This document shows positions 49,087 through 62,369 of a DNA stretch of 64,000 bases, in pieces. How positions within the stretch are numbered: position 1 is the first letter of the stretch; every line of letters starts with the position of its first letter. The stretch spans positions 62,248,001 through 62,312,000 of the forward strand of contig CM097885.1 of assembly GCA_044892525.1 (NCBI GenBank), in the 5' to 3' direction. Made by a program: the position numbers and the translations under genes. The stretch is from Schmidtea polychroa. Its lineage: Eukaryota. The notes under the pieces were generated by a model. It did no database searches, had not been told where the DNA came from, and saw only the letters and a list, made by a program, of their open reading frames with translations.

Positions 49087-50188
49087 TCAGGTTACTATTA
49101 AATCCTAATCGAAAAAAGGATTGCTCAATGGCACCAGTTGATTATTAATAGTTTTCATCTAAACTCCATCAAAACAGAAATCAATAAGATTGAAAAGGTT
49201 TGCATTTGGATTGATATGGTGCAAAGTTATAGTAGCATAGCATTTAAAAGAAAGCGTCGTATATTTCAGGTAATATTTTTTATGCTACGACCATCAACAA
49301 AGCCAGTCGTTTGATCATGTCAGTGTTTATTTAACAGAATTCATTTACGGACATGGTATTTGTAGCCTTTACTCGTTGTTGCTATATTACAAAAATCAAA
49401 TTGTGACATTAAATTTTTCTCCGTTATTTGAAACTGTATATTCAGTTTTTTATATTATTTCAACATTTTATTCTTGAATTTTACATTAAAAAATAAAACT
49501 CCGTCATTTTAGGCAGGTTATTGCCAGTATCTTTACACTCTTTTTAATTTCGCTCCTTGCTTCAATTGAAGATTCTTATTAATAAGTCTTCGATACTATT
49601 ACATCATGTTAAAGACTTTGGTAACTTATATTTATTATTATAAATTTTCATGAAGTTAGCTAGCTGAATGTATATAAGGTGTGATGTGAATAAATGTTTT
49701 GGGATAAAAGATGTGACATTAGATGGTAGGAAAACTAATCAGCTGAAACTATAAAATTGAAGGACATTTACAAGTAAATTTAACCAATGAATAAACTTTT
49801 TCATATTTAAAATATAATATTTATTATATTTAGAAGTTGTTGACATACTTAATTGTCAAATGTATAAGAAAAGAGGGACATAGAAGTACTTGTTCCCATC
49901 TGACTTTTTTGAAAAAGTAATTTTTTAAATAATTACTAAAAATATACATAGTACTGTGAGTTGTTTTAAAAAGCGCATTGAAATACCTTTAACGTTCTTT
50001 TTTTGGGCTTAGCTTTATCCTATTGAGTTTATAAAATTTTGGCAAATGCAAAGTGATTGACAAACAATTTTTAAAAATAATTTAAAATTCTGAATAAAGT
50101 TCAAACAAAATTTCAAATAAGATAATTAATTGATAAAATTCAGCTTTAATTTATTTCAAACATTTCCATATGCTCCATATACATTCTA

Positions 50189-50788
50189 TCATAAAATAGT
50201 TAATATTTTAGGTTTTTTCAAGGCTTTTAATTCGAATATAAAATTCGGTGAATGTAATAAATTTAAACTTGATCGCCATAATATTCCGACTTCAATATTT
50301 GCATCAAAATTATCCTGATCAATCAACCATATAGACAGCTTATTTTTTGTATACATCATTCCACAAATTCCTAAACTAATTAAAGTGTTTTTGTCCATAT
50401 TCAGTAGCCAGTTTCCTGTTTCAACCCAGAATCTTTCAAATGAAAAATATCCATTTCGACTTTTAGAATTGAAGGCGTGTTTTACTGATTGATATTTTAA
50501 ACTCAAAATCCAACGACATCCATTGTGGAAACTAGGGAAATCCCAGTCAGGATAGTATTTTTTGACAAACATTGAACAATGACAATAAAAGTTACGTCCA
50601 TTTTTGAGTGAACCAATAGGAGTGTTTTTCTGAAGTTGGTATTGGTTTTGAACTGATCCACATAAATGTGTACTCCATTTTCCAAATGTATTTGATTCGT
50701 GAATATATAATCTCCAGTAACGATCATGATACGGAGATAAACATTGTTTGATTGCATTATCGTCAATATTGAAAAAATTACTATTCAT
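50189..50788 (-). CDS. eIF4E: divergent intronless eIF4E-family cap-binding protein
   Basis: Motifs align in order with eIF4E: YWRLY (W43), KW (W56), SMF...PDWD (W102), NGCRWILSL (W113), ERFWVET (W130), ICG, KLSIW (W166), VGILWRSSLNL. Confidence 0.85.
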   Translation of the reverse strand: MNSNFFNIDDNAIKQCLSPYHDRYWRLYIHESNTFGKWSTHLCGSVQNQYQLQKNTPIGSLKNGRNFYCHCSMFVKKYYPDWDFPSFHNGCRWILSLKYQSVKHAFNSKSRNGYFSFERFWVETGNWLLNMDKNTLISLGICGMMYTKNKLSIWLIDQDNFDANIEVGILWRSSLNLLHSPNFIFELKALKKPKILTIL

Positions 50789-51696
50789 GTTTGAATTTTA
50801 AATATTGTCCTAAAGCTAAAGCTTTTTTAAAAAAATAATGAATTGGTAAGAAATACTCAGTACACACAAAGCATTGATTGTGTGTATGAAATTTTTGGCC
50901 AATCAATGCTGACTTATTTCTAAATAACTATCGAATGAAAAACGGTTGTATATTGAACATTGTTTCGAATTATTTTGGAAGTTATTATTTTCTTTAGATA
51001 TTCTTAGCGATTGTTAAAAATTAAAAATAATGAAAAATTCTATTGGATCAAGGAAATATTGATTTGTTTATTATTAATGAATTAATTAATTAATTAATGC
51101 AATTAATTTTTTGAATTATAAACTGTGCAAAAAGTTATCTTCAATTAATTCAATTTATTTTAGAATTTATAATGCATTAGACTCAAATACTACTAGGAAA
51201 ATTAAAAATGAATAATTACTAATCTACAAATAAACTTGGGCGCAACAATATAACATTTGAAGCAAGCAATGCTTTGAAGCGTCGAACTAAGAAAGGCCTT
51301 TATAGGGCCCGTTTCCATTTTCTTTCAAACATTGCCGAATTTTCCTATGAAAAAACTCGAAACTATACAATCTTGTTTTGAAAAGTAAAAAATTATTTCT
51401 TATACAAACTCGAAACTTACACAAATCATTTCGTAGAATATGTTATTTGTTCACAATGGTTAACTGATAAGGCGGATACAAGAAGATTTTGCTTGCCGGC
51501 TCACGTCACTGCCAATAAATTAAAATTGAAATTACCAAAAATAAAAGTTTTACAAAATATTTACGAATTCTATTTAGTTTATAAAATTTCAATTAGTTTA
51601 CACAATTAAGAAATCTGTTAAACGAAACATTGTCAATTTTCATATAAACTTTTTCTAATAGTTTTAATAAGCACATACACCGGGAAAAAATGTCAA

Positions 51697-51859
51697 NNNN
51701 NNNNNNNNNNNNNNNNNNNNNNNNNNNNNNNNNNNNNNNNNNNNNNNNNNNNNNNNNNNNNNNNNNNNNNNNNNNNNNNNNNNNNNNNNNNNNNNNNNNN
51801 NNNNNNNNNNNNNNNNNNNNNNNNNNNNNNNNNNNNNNNNNNNNNNNNNNNNNNNNNNN
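51697..51859. other. assembly gap (N-run)
   Basis: Run of N. Confidence 0.99.
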
Positions 51860-52783
51860 TAGTTTGCAATTTTCAAATATTCCTTAGCAAACCTCCGTCC
51901 AGTACAAATAATATAATAAATGTGAAACGGAGATACACAAAGGAGTTTATGAAAATTATTAATTGTATATTTTTATAATTTATCAATCCAGCGAACCCAA
52001 ATTATATTAATGAGGAAAGACTATGAGAAATTTCTTTTATAAGACAAGAATCAGCGGGAACTTAATAATAAGGAAATCAAATTATTTATTAATTGATACA
52101 TCTGCTCAGCTGAATAATAATTGTTATTAATTAATTTTAATAATGACGAACCAATATTTAATAATTATCAGTAATCGAAATGTTTTTAGTGAAAATGTCT
52201 ATTTAATACTTAAACGTATTTAATATTATTAAAATAGAATAACTCTGACATACTTGTTTGTATGAGGTATATGTCTTTCGCACTGGTTCTCAATCTTTCC
52301 CAAAGTCGTTTTATTTGAATTTTACTGATAAATAAAATTGCCTAAAAATCATACGAAATCTTAAAAACATATTAAAATTTTAGTCAATAAATAACCACAA
52401 AACTATGAGGAATTCTTCAAAGTTTTATAACAATATTTTTTCAGATTATATGAAAACATTTTTTGTGCATTCAGAATACATTTTTCCTTCAAAAAATACT
52501 TAATTTTTACCCGATTGTGAATCTTATTTGATCTCTTTGAACTTCAAATTGCCCATTTTTGTGGTTTTTTTGATACCCAATGACTTATTTGTTTAATCAA
52601 CGGAAATCAGCAAAATAGTTTCTTAAACTTGAACCATATTGAGCATAGTTTTATTTATTGGTAATGATCCGTCAATAGTAATGTATAATTTCCTTAATAA
52701 TTTTCATAATAGATAACCGTTTGCATTACAAACTACGATAAGATAAACACAACCACAGACACAAAATTTGATTTTAAATGACT

Positions 52784-53290
52784 TGTTGGGTTATTGGGTT
52801 AGTAGTAATATTTAAAAGTTACAAATTAAATCCACAAGTTAACAATTCTTAGACAATATAAACCTTTATTGATTATCACAATTGATTACACGAATTATAA
52901 CAACACGATCAATTCAATACTCGAACACTACATGAGGAATAGCTCTACTCGTATAATTCCCAAATACTTAACAATCACTAAACGCTGATCCGACTCAATA
53001 GTCTGGTAAATTGAATTGAATTCTCCTTTGTTTTGACTTGAATTTATTCAATATACTTTAGACCTTTCTTATTGAAAGTAGTCAGTAAATAGAGGCTTAA
53101 CCCAACACCCGAGATCTTCCCTTACTTACACCTAACGGTGATCAAAATGAAAGCCTCAATCGTCAGTGTTTGAGTCGAATGTCCCTATTTACTAATTATT
53201 CTCTTAAATAATAAAAAATTTAAATATTATCAAATTCCAAAATATTATCAAATCCTAAAATCTTACAAATCCTACAATTTCAAAATTTCT
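52784..53290 (-). mobile_element. LTR fragment
   Basis: Begins TGTTGGGTTATTG like the LTR end at 36384. Segment 53040-53290 matches 56980-57200 in inverted orientation (GATCTTCCCTTAC..CCTAACGGTGATC, AATCTTACAAATCCTACAAT). Confidence 0.55.
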
Positions 53291-53442
53291 AGATTTTTTA
53301 GGCTTTTTAAGATTTCGTCAGATTTCGTAAGGCTTGTCTAGATTTCATCATGATGAAATCTGACGAAATATAGAAATCTTTCCAAGAACTTAGAAATCTG
53401 TAAATATTCAAGGAAACTAGAAATCACCTCAAAATCTATTAA

Positions 53443-53941
53443 CCTTCGAGTATCGAAACTTCGAAATGGGAACGGGAAGCGATGGGGTTACAAATGTACC
53501 CCAAATTCAAATTGGGTATTAATGAAATAAAAGTCAATATACTACTAGAATGAATACTAAAATTAATAATACTAAATACATTTTATTTTATTAACTAATA
53601 AATTTATTATTTACTTTTCCTAAACTATTTTATATTTTAGCCNNNNNNNNNNNNNNNNNNNNNNNNNNNNNNNNNNNNNNNNNNNNNNNNNNNNNNNNNN
53701 NNNNNNNNNNNNNNNNNNNNNNNNNNNNNNNNNNNNNNNNNNNNNNNNNNNNNNNNNNNNNNNNNNNNNNNNNNNNNNNNNNNNNNNNNNNNNNNNATGC
53801 ACTGCGTTTTCGGGGAAGCGATGACGATAAAAGCATTTGAAACATATAGATCTTGCTCCAAAATGAATATCTAATTTAATTTTAGTATTATACTGAACTT
53901 TAGTTCATTAATACCCAATTTGAATTTGGGGTACTCGAAAG
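53443..53941. mobile_element. piggyBac-like MITE spanning an assembly gap (53643-53796)
   Basis: TTAA on both flanks, terminal C(C/T)TTCGAGTA inverted repeats and asymmetric internal GTACCCCAAATTCAAATTGGGTATTAATGAA inverted repeats. Confidence 0.6.
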
Positions 53942-54490
53942 TTAATATATGTTAATTTGGTTTAAATAATGGTTTAAATAATAAGAATTTTGGGGTACAA
54001 ATGTACCCGCGTAGTTTCGTGAAGGTTAATCAACTAATATTTTTGATTGATGGTCTTGTTAATATAATAAATAAATTAGAAGCACTCATATTTTTTCTTG
54101 TCCTTTTTTATTGCTTTTATTAATCTTTCTTCTGATCGTTAATATTTATCATCGGTCGAGTTTGAAATTAATTTAATATTATATTTCATAACATTTAAAA
54201 ATTTAGGATCAGCTACTCCCAAAAGATTTTTAAGACATGTATTGTCAACTAATAAATTTTGATTTGTTTCCTTTAAATCTCCAATTTCTTCATACATTAC
54301 ATCAAATAATTTTTGGGTTGCAGGTATTAAAGCTATGAGTTGTTCTCCTTTTTTAGTTTGAGTTGATAAAGATTGTTTTTTTTAAATCCATTAAAAGTCT
54401 AGAAAAGTATAAAAAAGGGTGAGATGTGAGGTGTAAGATGTTTAAAAGTACAAACATAAAACCAACTAACTAAAAAATTAAAAGAAATAA

Positions 54491-56075
54491 ATGTCGAGTA
54501 GGGCAAAAATAATTTCTTGTGAAGTATGCAACAAAGTCTTTCAAAGACCTTCAGCTTATTCATCTCATTTAAAATCCATAAAACATTTTGAAAAAACTGT
54601 AGGTCTTAATGATGAAAATTCTAAAGTTTGTAAAATATGTGGAAATAGATATTTGATAAATTTCTTTATATTAGATTTTGATAAATGTGTAAAAGTAAGA
54701 AAACGAGAATAGGAAATTAAAATTTATCAAAAAGAATTCAAGACTAAACTTGGATACAAACATCACACGGAAAAACATTCGGAAGATCAACTTCAAAAAG
54801 ATTTGGAACACCAAGATTTGGATTATAATAATTTTAATATTAAACATATTTTTGAGGATCCAAACCATTATCAATAAATAAATATATAAACAGTCACATG
54901 GAAGAAATAAAAACATCAATGAATGAAGTTTTGAAGATTATGAAAGTTGGTCGATATTATGTTATAAAATTAAAAATCTCGGTATGTGTAAAATATTTTC
55001 GAGGAAATAAAGCAACAGATGTTTTTTTGAATTCAAAATTTGAAACTGGTTATCGATACTCATTTAGTACTAAAAATTTCAAATCTATAAAAAAAAAGAT
55101 TGTCCAAAGATTAGAACAAGAATTGGGAGAATCCAATTTAATTTTACATTTATTCTCTAGCATTGAAATAAATTGTTGGAAATCTGAAGCTCCTAATCCA
55201 GAATCATATATTACTACATCAAGGGTGGGAATCTTTTTATTTCCATAGGCCACATTGAAATTTGTCGCCTCCAAATGGGGCCGCAGTCAAAAAGTATTTT
55301 ACCATTAATTAATTTCATTTTATATATTTTGTTTATAATCAGTCTCCAGATTTGAAAAATGCAGCTGTACGAAATATTCTGGAAAATTTTTATTATTTCT
55401 GAATCGAAAAATTGATACAAATAAGTAAATCCTTAAAATTCAAGGTTTTTTATATAAATTAAAATGTTTTTCGATAAAACTCCGAAGGCTGCACATGAAG
55501 CTCCGGGAGGCCGCAGGTTCCTCACTCCTGTACTACATCATTTAATTCTCATCATGTGGGCAGTCTTGTCTGCTTTACATCCTGCAAAAGATCATCTTGT
55601 TCGAATATCAAAATATACTCCATTTGAAAGTGCATTGATATTTTGGAAAGGATTTGAACATCCAATGAAAATACAAGATGTTGATACTTTTGAAAAAACT
55701 AAATAATTTCACTATAAATATTTATGAACTTGTAAAAAAAATTATACCAATTTATATTTCTGAAGGAGTCTTCTCTGAAGATGTCTTCGCCGAAGGGGAA
55801 ATCTCTGATAAACCTAGAAAACACATTAAACTATTAATTTTGGAAAAGGAATTAGAAAATGAAACAATTCTTCATACTTATGTCTGAATAAAGAATTTTC
55901 AAAGTTCTGTACGTTCACAAGTTACAAATTTATATGGTTCAAATGGTTATACTTGTGAAAGATGTTTGTATTATACGACAACGGAAAATATAAAAACAAA
56001 AAAATGCAAAAATGTATTTTAAGAACTATTCAAATCTTTTAAAACCCCTGGTTGTAAATTATGCAGATTTTGAAG
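54491..56075 (+). pseudogene. Polinton pPolB N-terminal region with upstream C2H2-like finger, degraded
   Basis: CEVCNKVF...HLKSIKH, then WAVLSALHP...R.SKY...PMKIQDVDTFEK.N.TINIY, HIKLLIL, YTCERCL and NYADFEA, which are characteristic of Polinton pPolB exonuclease-proximal regions. Confidence 0.75.
55220..55530. mobile_element. hAT MITE (311 bp)
   Basis: Imperfect TIRs CAAGGGTGGGAATC / GGTTCCTCACTCCTG and a perfect 8-bp TSD TACTACAT. Confidence 0.85.
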
Positions 56076-56979
56076 CTGTAGTAGATGGATTGCGCACCGC
56101 TGGCACAGGGCACCGCTAGCACACCCCCGTTATAAAAATTAAAAAAAAACTTTTTCAAGGTCATTTAAACAAAGACATATGCCTCCTCAAGGTCATTTCA
56201 AGGTTGCATGACTCATTCAATATCATATGACCCATCCGATGACTCATCAAGTTCATATTATTATTTTTCAAAAATATTATTAAATGTGCTAACGGTACCC
56301 TACTATTTGGCATGCTAAAAGTTATCGTTCCCATCAATCTATTTCCACGACCCATAGCTTATTTTAAAGCTTAGTGCTAGACCTTTAGAATGAGATATAA
56401 AAGTCATCATTATCAATATTATTGATAGAGATATTAACATTTTCCCAAGACCATTTTCAAGGTCATATTTTAAAATTTAAATTTACAGAGTTCCCGCCAA
56501 CGAAAATTATTGAACGATCATTTTAAAGCCCAATACAAGACCTTTCAAACGAGCCATATATCTTATTATTATCATTATTATTTCTAAAGATATTATTATT
56601 ATATATACTCAGAGTTTATCCGACAAAATATTCTGTCCCCTTATGGTATTTGTCAAAAGTGCTCACACTCAGCAACTCGCGAAAAGAACGTAAATGTAAT
56701 TCATAATTTAAAATCTACTAGACATGAATCTTTTCGGAAGAATCTTTAAAAATTTCATTGGATAATTATGATAAGAGAAATGGTATTACAACTTCACCAC
56801 ATGGACACCACATGATTAAACATGTTTCAAATATTGACGGACTTAATCAAAAACGTAACACACAATTAAAAGATACTGATTTACTAACTGTAATAATGAG
56901 GTTTTGAAATGTATTTACTTGACATTTTTGTACTTGAAAAAAAATGTAAAAGATACTAACTATATTTAATTTGATTGCA

Positions 56980-57200
56980 AGATTTTGAGATTTGTAAGAT
57001 TTGATGTTGAGATTGTAGGATTTGTAAGATATTAGGATTTGATAATATTTAATTTTTTTATTACTTAGGACAGTAGATTGTAATTATGGTCTTTCAGATC
57101 GAACCCTTACTCTTTCCTTGCGATCACCGTTAGGTAAGGGAAGATCTTGGTTATCGGGTGTTTGGGCTGAAAGACCCTATTTACTAACTACTATTGAACT
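56980..57200 (+). repeat. inverted homologue of LTR fragment 53040-53290
   Basis: Reverse-complement similarity read by eye. Confidence 0.65.
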
Positions 57201-58090
57201 CAATTGTGTCATACCGGTTAGTTACAATATTTTCCCTAATTTTCAATTACTAATTTCTCACTTCTAATTTCTCTAATTTTCTCTATATTTATTTTCGAAT
57301 TATTTTATCCACAATTCTTTTAATTTTTCTTCGACCATTAATTTTGTTAAATTCCATTAAGAAGACTTTTGCGTTTATATTCCGCACTTGTTCTATACTT
57401 GTGATAATTCATTTATTTCAATCATAAAATTGGAAACTCAAAAAATCATTTATTACTATTGAAGGTTTGAAACCGAAACCTAACTCAAACACGGTTTGGT
57501 TCAAGAGTTTTATAGAAATTGAACCCAAATTTTGAAGCGGTTCGAGTTCAATATCATAGTCTTCGTTGTATATTGGAAAAATTCTATTTATTAAAATTAG
57601 AAAAAAATTTATTAAAATTGTTAAATCTGTTTAACTGATTATTTTGAAATATTTGGTTGACGATTATTATGGGGAGTTTTCAGATATTTTTCGACCTTTT
57701 ATTGTTATCTTATTTTGTGTTTTTATGCTTTCGATTTTTATTCTTTATTACCAGTTAGTGCCAAGAAATGTTGTATGGCCCAGCCGAGTCTCCTGTAAAA
57801 AACTGTCTCAGGACAGCTAGGGTGAAAAATGATAATAATAATAAGAAGCGCAACAATAATAACAAAATGATTAACAAATTAACAACTTAAAAATCGTAAG
57901 TTTATTAATAAACAAAAGCTACTTAGTGTGCCAAGGGGAATTGACTTCGAAATAAAAATATCTAAATGATCTAAATCTACTGATGAGATTAACTTGGAAT
58001 TCGCAACCAAAATATCGAAATGATCTGAATCTGCTGATGAGCTTGACTTCCTATTTTCTTTTGCAGTAATAGTAAATTATCGCTATATAG

Positions 58091-58421
58091 CAGGGGTGCC
58101 CACTAATTTTTCTAGGAGAGCTACATTCACATCCAAAATGTGTATGCGATCTACTTTTTTAATACTTACATAATATTTACCTACCTTACATAATATTTAC
58201 CTAAACTAAATTAAACTAAATAACATTTTGGAAATGGTGAAATCAAAATTAAAAAATGTTATTTAGTATTACCATAGAAATGGAACACAGAACATGAAAA
58301 TTGGCAAAAAATTTAAGCATAAAACAGAAATTTTATATAAAATCTAAATTTATATAAAAAATATTTTTTTTATGAAGATCTACTAAAAAATCCTTCGCGA
58401 TCGACCTTATGGGCACCCCTG
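58091..58421. mobile_element. hAT MITE (331 bp)
   Basis: Perfect TIRs CAGGGGTGCCCA / TGGGCACCCCTG and a perfect TSD CTATATAG. Confidence 0.93.
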
Positions 58422-58799
58422 CTATATAGTTTTTTTAAATTCCTTTCCCGGACACTGCGGGGACGATAACAAAATAAAAAATGCAGATCCTAATTAGGAT
58501 ATGGTTTGCAATAATTATTTACAACGATGATATTAGGATTCACATCCGTTAGAACATTAATATATGTTTTCAAATCACTAAATAATTCCATAAATTTTAT
58601 TTAATAAATTGTATACTCAAAATACTTCTTATTTTTGTTATTTAAACAAATTTCAGTTTTTCTTTTAAAACATTTTTCGATAAAAATTTTTATTAAAAAT
58701 GATAAATTTCAGTCTTCTTTTTAAATATTTTTTAAATTTAACAAAATTTCTAATTAATCTTTCAACTTCCTCATAGATGATATGTAAAATTTTAGTCTG

Positions 58800-59470
58800 A
58801 AAGGGGAATAATGAATGTCTATTTAATTTGTCCTTTATTATCTGACACTAATTTTTTTGTTATTTAATCCAAAACTTTTCTGAATAATTTGTACATTTTT
58901 TTCGTAATTTCTAAATACACCATAACTCCTTTATATGAATCTTTTGATATATTGTCATTATTTCTTGTAATGTATCATGTGCCCCAACAATATCAAAACA
59001 AAATGTCCCTACTTTTGTGAAAAAAGCTGCCTTGTCATGAGTTTAAAAGTCTAATAAGAGGTTAATAAGGTTTATAGAATAGTATCAATGTATCAATAAC
59101 CTTTTATACATTGGATAATTCGGTAAAATCCTGACAAAGTCTAATCTCGTTTATCTTTTTACAGACCCATATTAACAGTGCATTTCAAGTCAAATTACAT
59201 TTCCTTATGATATCATTATTTTCTAGATATTTTATTGCATCATTTAATTTCGTCTTTAAATTGACAAGGTGTCTTTTGGGTTTTATTGTAACTTTATTTT
59301 TCTTTCCATACGGCAAATTCTAATATCAATGTGTTTTACGATTGTCTCAATTTACTATCATTTGATATCGTAACATTTCATCTGTTTTAATGAATTTGAC
59401 AATTACTAATTTACCACTGTTTCTGCGATTAAATTTACTCTCGCTAATATAACCAGTAAGTACACCAAAC
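58800..59470 (-). pseudogene. highly degraded Ty3/gypsy pol (RT N-terminal) fragment
   Basis: Pieces such as PCQFKDEIK, IIRKC, KKINEIRLCQDFTEL and FFTKV resemble gypsy RT motifs 1-3. Many stops. Confidence 0.5.
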
Positions 59471-62369
59471 ACCACTGAGATACGTTCTCTATAGTGGTGG
59501 TTTGCGTGTAAAGCAATTCACTCACCAATTTGCTGTATTTACCAATTAATCATCTTCATCAATTTACATTTATCATTTACTGAATTACTTACAATAATGA
59601 ATGTTTTTTGGAAATTTAATTTAAAAATTCTAAATTAATTAATTCTAAAAATGACTTTCAGGTAAGATATTTAATTTAATCCATATAGATATGAGATCAT
59701 TATTCAAGTTCTTAAATTTTACTTTTAGTCAACATTATAATTATAAATTATTTTTAATTAATTTTTGTTATTTTATGACATTTATTTTTATGACAAGTAT
59801 TTTGGAATATTTTCGAAAAAATGTGAGTCAGATATGATTTTAATTATAATTAAATAAATGACTAAATATTTATTTTTCTAAAACATTTTGGGAAAAATCC
59901 CCGAATAATTAAAATAAAATAATTTTTCTAATTTTTTCCTAAGCTCAATTTTTTCTTTCGGGAAAGTAAATCTGGATTGAAAAGACATTCAACCAAATTC
60001 ATCTGCTCTTGAAAATTTCATTAAGAAATTTTCAGCGATCTTTTTTATCTAAAAATTGTCTAAAATAGAATTATTATATAAACGTATCTCAGCGGTGCAT
60101 TCCGATGAATCAAAAATTTGTATGTGTATTTTAGTATGTGTTGTGTTTATGTGTAGTTTTTAATTTTTCTTCCACTTTTCAGATTTCTGACTGCACTCTA
60201 AATGAGAACATCAACGTGAAATCAAAGTAAATATGTATGTTTCTAAGATTATCGATTTTTTTGTTATATTATAGGAAACGGCATTCAGTGGCGTTTGGTG
60301 AATTACATTTTATAGTGATGAATCTCAAGAGTTAAACCTGGTCTACCTTAAATTTCATCATAATTTATTCATGGTCGCTTTCATTCATCTTCAGTAAAAA
60401 TATTTCTTGTTTCACAAATTTAACAACTAAACAATAGTTAAAAATATTGATAAATTAAATACTAAAAAAAGAACAAATTCATCAATTAAAATATTATTCC
60501 AAACTTTAAAAAACGTCACTTGCTTTCAATTGCTTAAAATCACAACAAAGATAATTACATTAGAACGATAACCAGAACGACCAGGAAACAAAAGTTTTAT
60601 TAAAAGCATCATAAATCTAAAATGCCACAAAAATAACGGTGCTGAACACAACAAAAAAATAGAAAATTCAATAATACTCAACAAGAAATTCTTCGATTTC
60701 TCTTATATCAAATAGTGGTTGAGATTGATAAGAATTTTTTGAATTGATTCAACCTAATTATAACAAATATCAAATTATTACCGCGCCCGTGAGATGAACA
60801 CCATTTAATTGTTGTCTATGACAAATAATTTCAAGCTATGGATTTATTGATTTTTACTAATCGCAGGAGAGGGGTAAAATTTTTTGAGAGATGAAAAGTT
60901 GTGGTCAGCGAAGATATAGTTGACAGCCTTTTATATAATTTTGCCAAAATAATATTTTGAAAATCTTAAAGCCCAGTGCGATAAAACAAAAAAGTAAAAT
61001 TATACTTTAAAATCAATATTTACTTTTTCTTATAAGTTTTATTGGTTTTAATTAACTAAGTAAATGGTCAACTGAGACGACCTATATAACACGTAAAACG
61101 TACGAAGAATGCTTAAAATTATGATGGAAACATTAAATAAAACAAAAATAAAAAAAAAACAAAAATAATAAAATTAGAGAAAGCAAGAATTATTAAAATA
61201 AAAAAGTTACTGTTTTAATTTATAACGAAGCGTTGTACGATTTAAAAATTAGTAAACAGATTCAGAATTGTCAAATACCTACAAAAATATTACCGTATTT
61301 GGGTTTTTTTACTTTCAATGATAGCCACATTTTTGAGGATAAACATAAAAAATTGTGTTTGGTCATTTGTAAAACAGGTAAAGTAAATTTAAGTTTTGAA
61401 TATTTAATTTGTTTAGTGATATTTTGTATTGATTGTAAAATCAAAATGAAAATTCAGAAGTGATTAATTTAATTCATCCTTCTTAACATCAAAAAAAAGA
61501 TGAATTTAATTTATTCTATTAGCATCACTAAAATGGCTGAAAAAGGCTAATAAATAAACTTGTTTACTAATTCAAGTTTGGTTAGGTTAGGTCTTAAATC
61601 TTAAAAAACACATTTAAAAGAGATTAATTTCACTTATTCTTCTTAACAAAAATAAATAGTTTTATTTAATTTACACTTCTTAGCATCAATAAACAGAATA
61701 ATTTAATTCATTCTTAAAGCATAAATAAATTGTATTTTGAAATAATTACCTTTTTTGTCATTATTTTTTGGAGAATGAACTTGTATTCTTGATTAGAAAT
61801 GTAGAAATCAGGAAAATTAACTTTTGGCGAAATTTGGTTGAACAATTTTTCTATTTAAATGTAAAACTTAAAATGGCACCCAGCCGGTAAAAAATGGGTC
61901 AAATGAAAAATTGAAATAATCCTATTTTATAAACCTAACATGATCTACAACTTTTATTTGTAACATTGTTGCCAATTTCAGCTCATTGAGGTATCTACTG
62001 TAGTAAATCAAGGTTATCCTGAGTAGGATTAGGGTACCCTAGGGGTGGTCATCTTGGGGCTGAAACATAGCCTACATGTCCCGAGTCAATTGATGGTCAT
62101 AAGCAAAATTTCAGCACCCTAGATCCAACGGTTGGGAATTATATGAGTAACTGTGGTGATTTAATCAGAAATCATTTGGAGAGAAAAACTTTTTAAGTTA
62201 TATAAAAAAACAGTTGTTTAAATATTCGATATTTGTTATGTAAAATATATTTTTGAATAAAATTTAGGAGTTAGATAAAAATTTAAATTATTTGAGTATT
62301 TCAATTTAGCATGGAAATCTGAAAAGGGTTTGTTTTCATTCATTTATTAGTGTTACTTATAGCATTTCT

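Noticed and set aside
48107-53861. ORFs containing long X runs
   Set aside because: They are artefacts of assembly gaps.
57940-58055. Hammerhead ribozyme suggested by two CTGATGAG motifs and a GAAA
   Set aside because: Stems I and III cannot be formed around a valid cleavage triplet. It is better explained as a short degenerate direct repeat.
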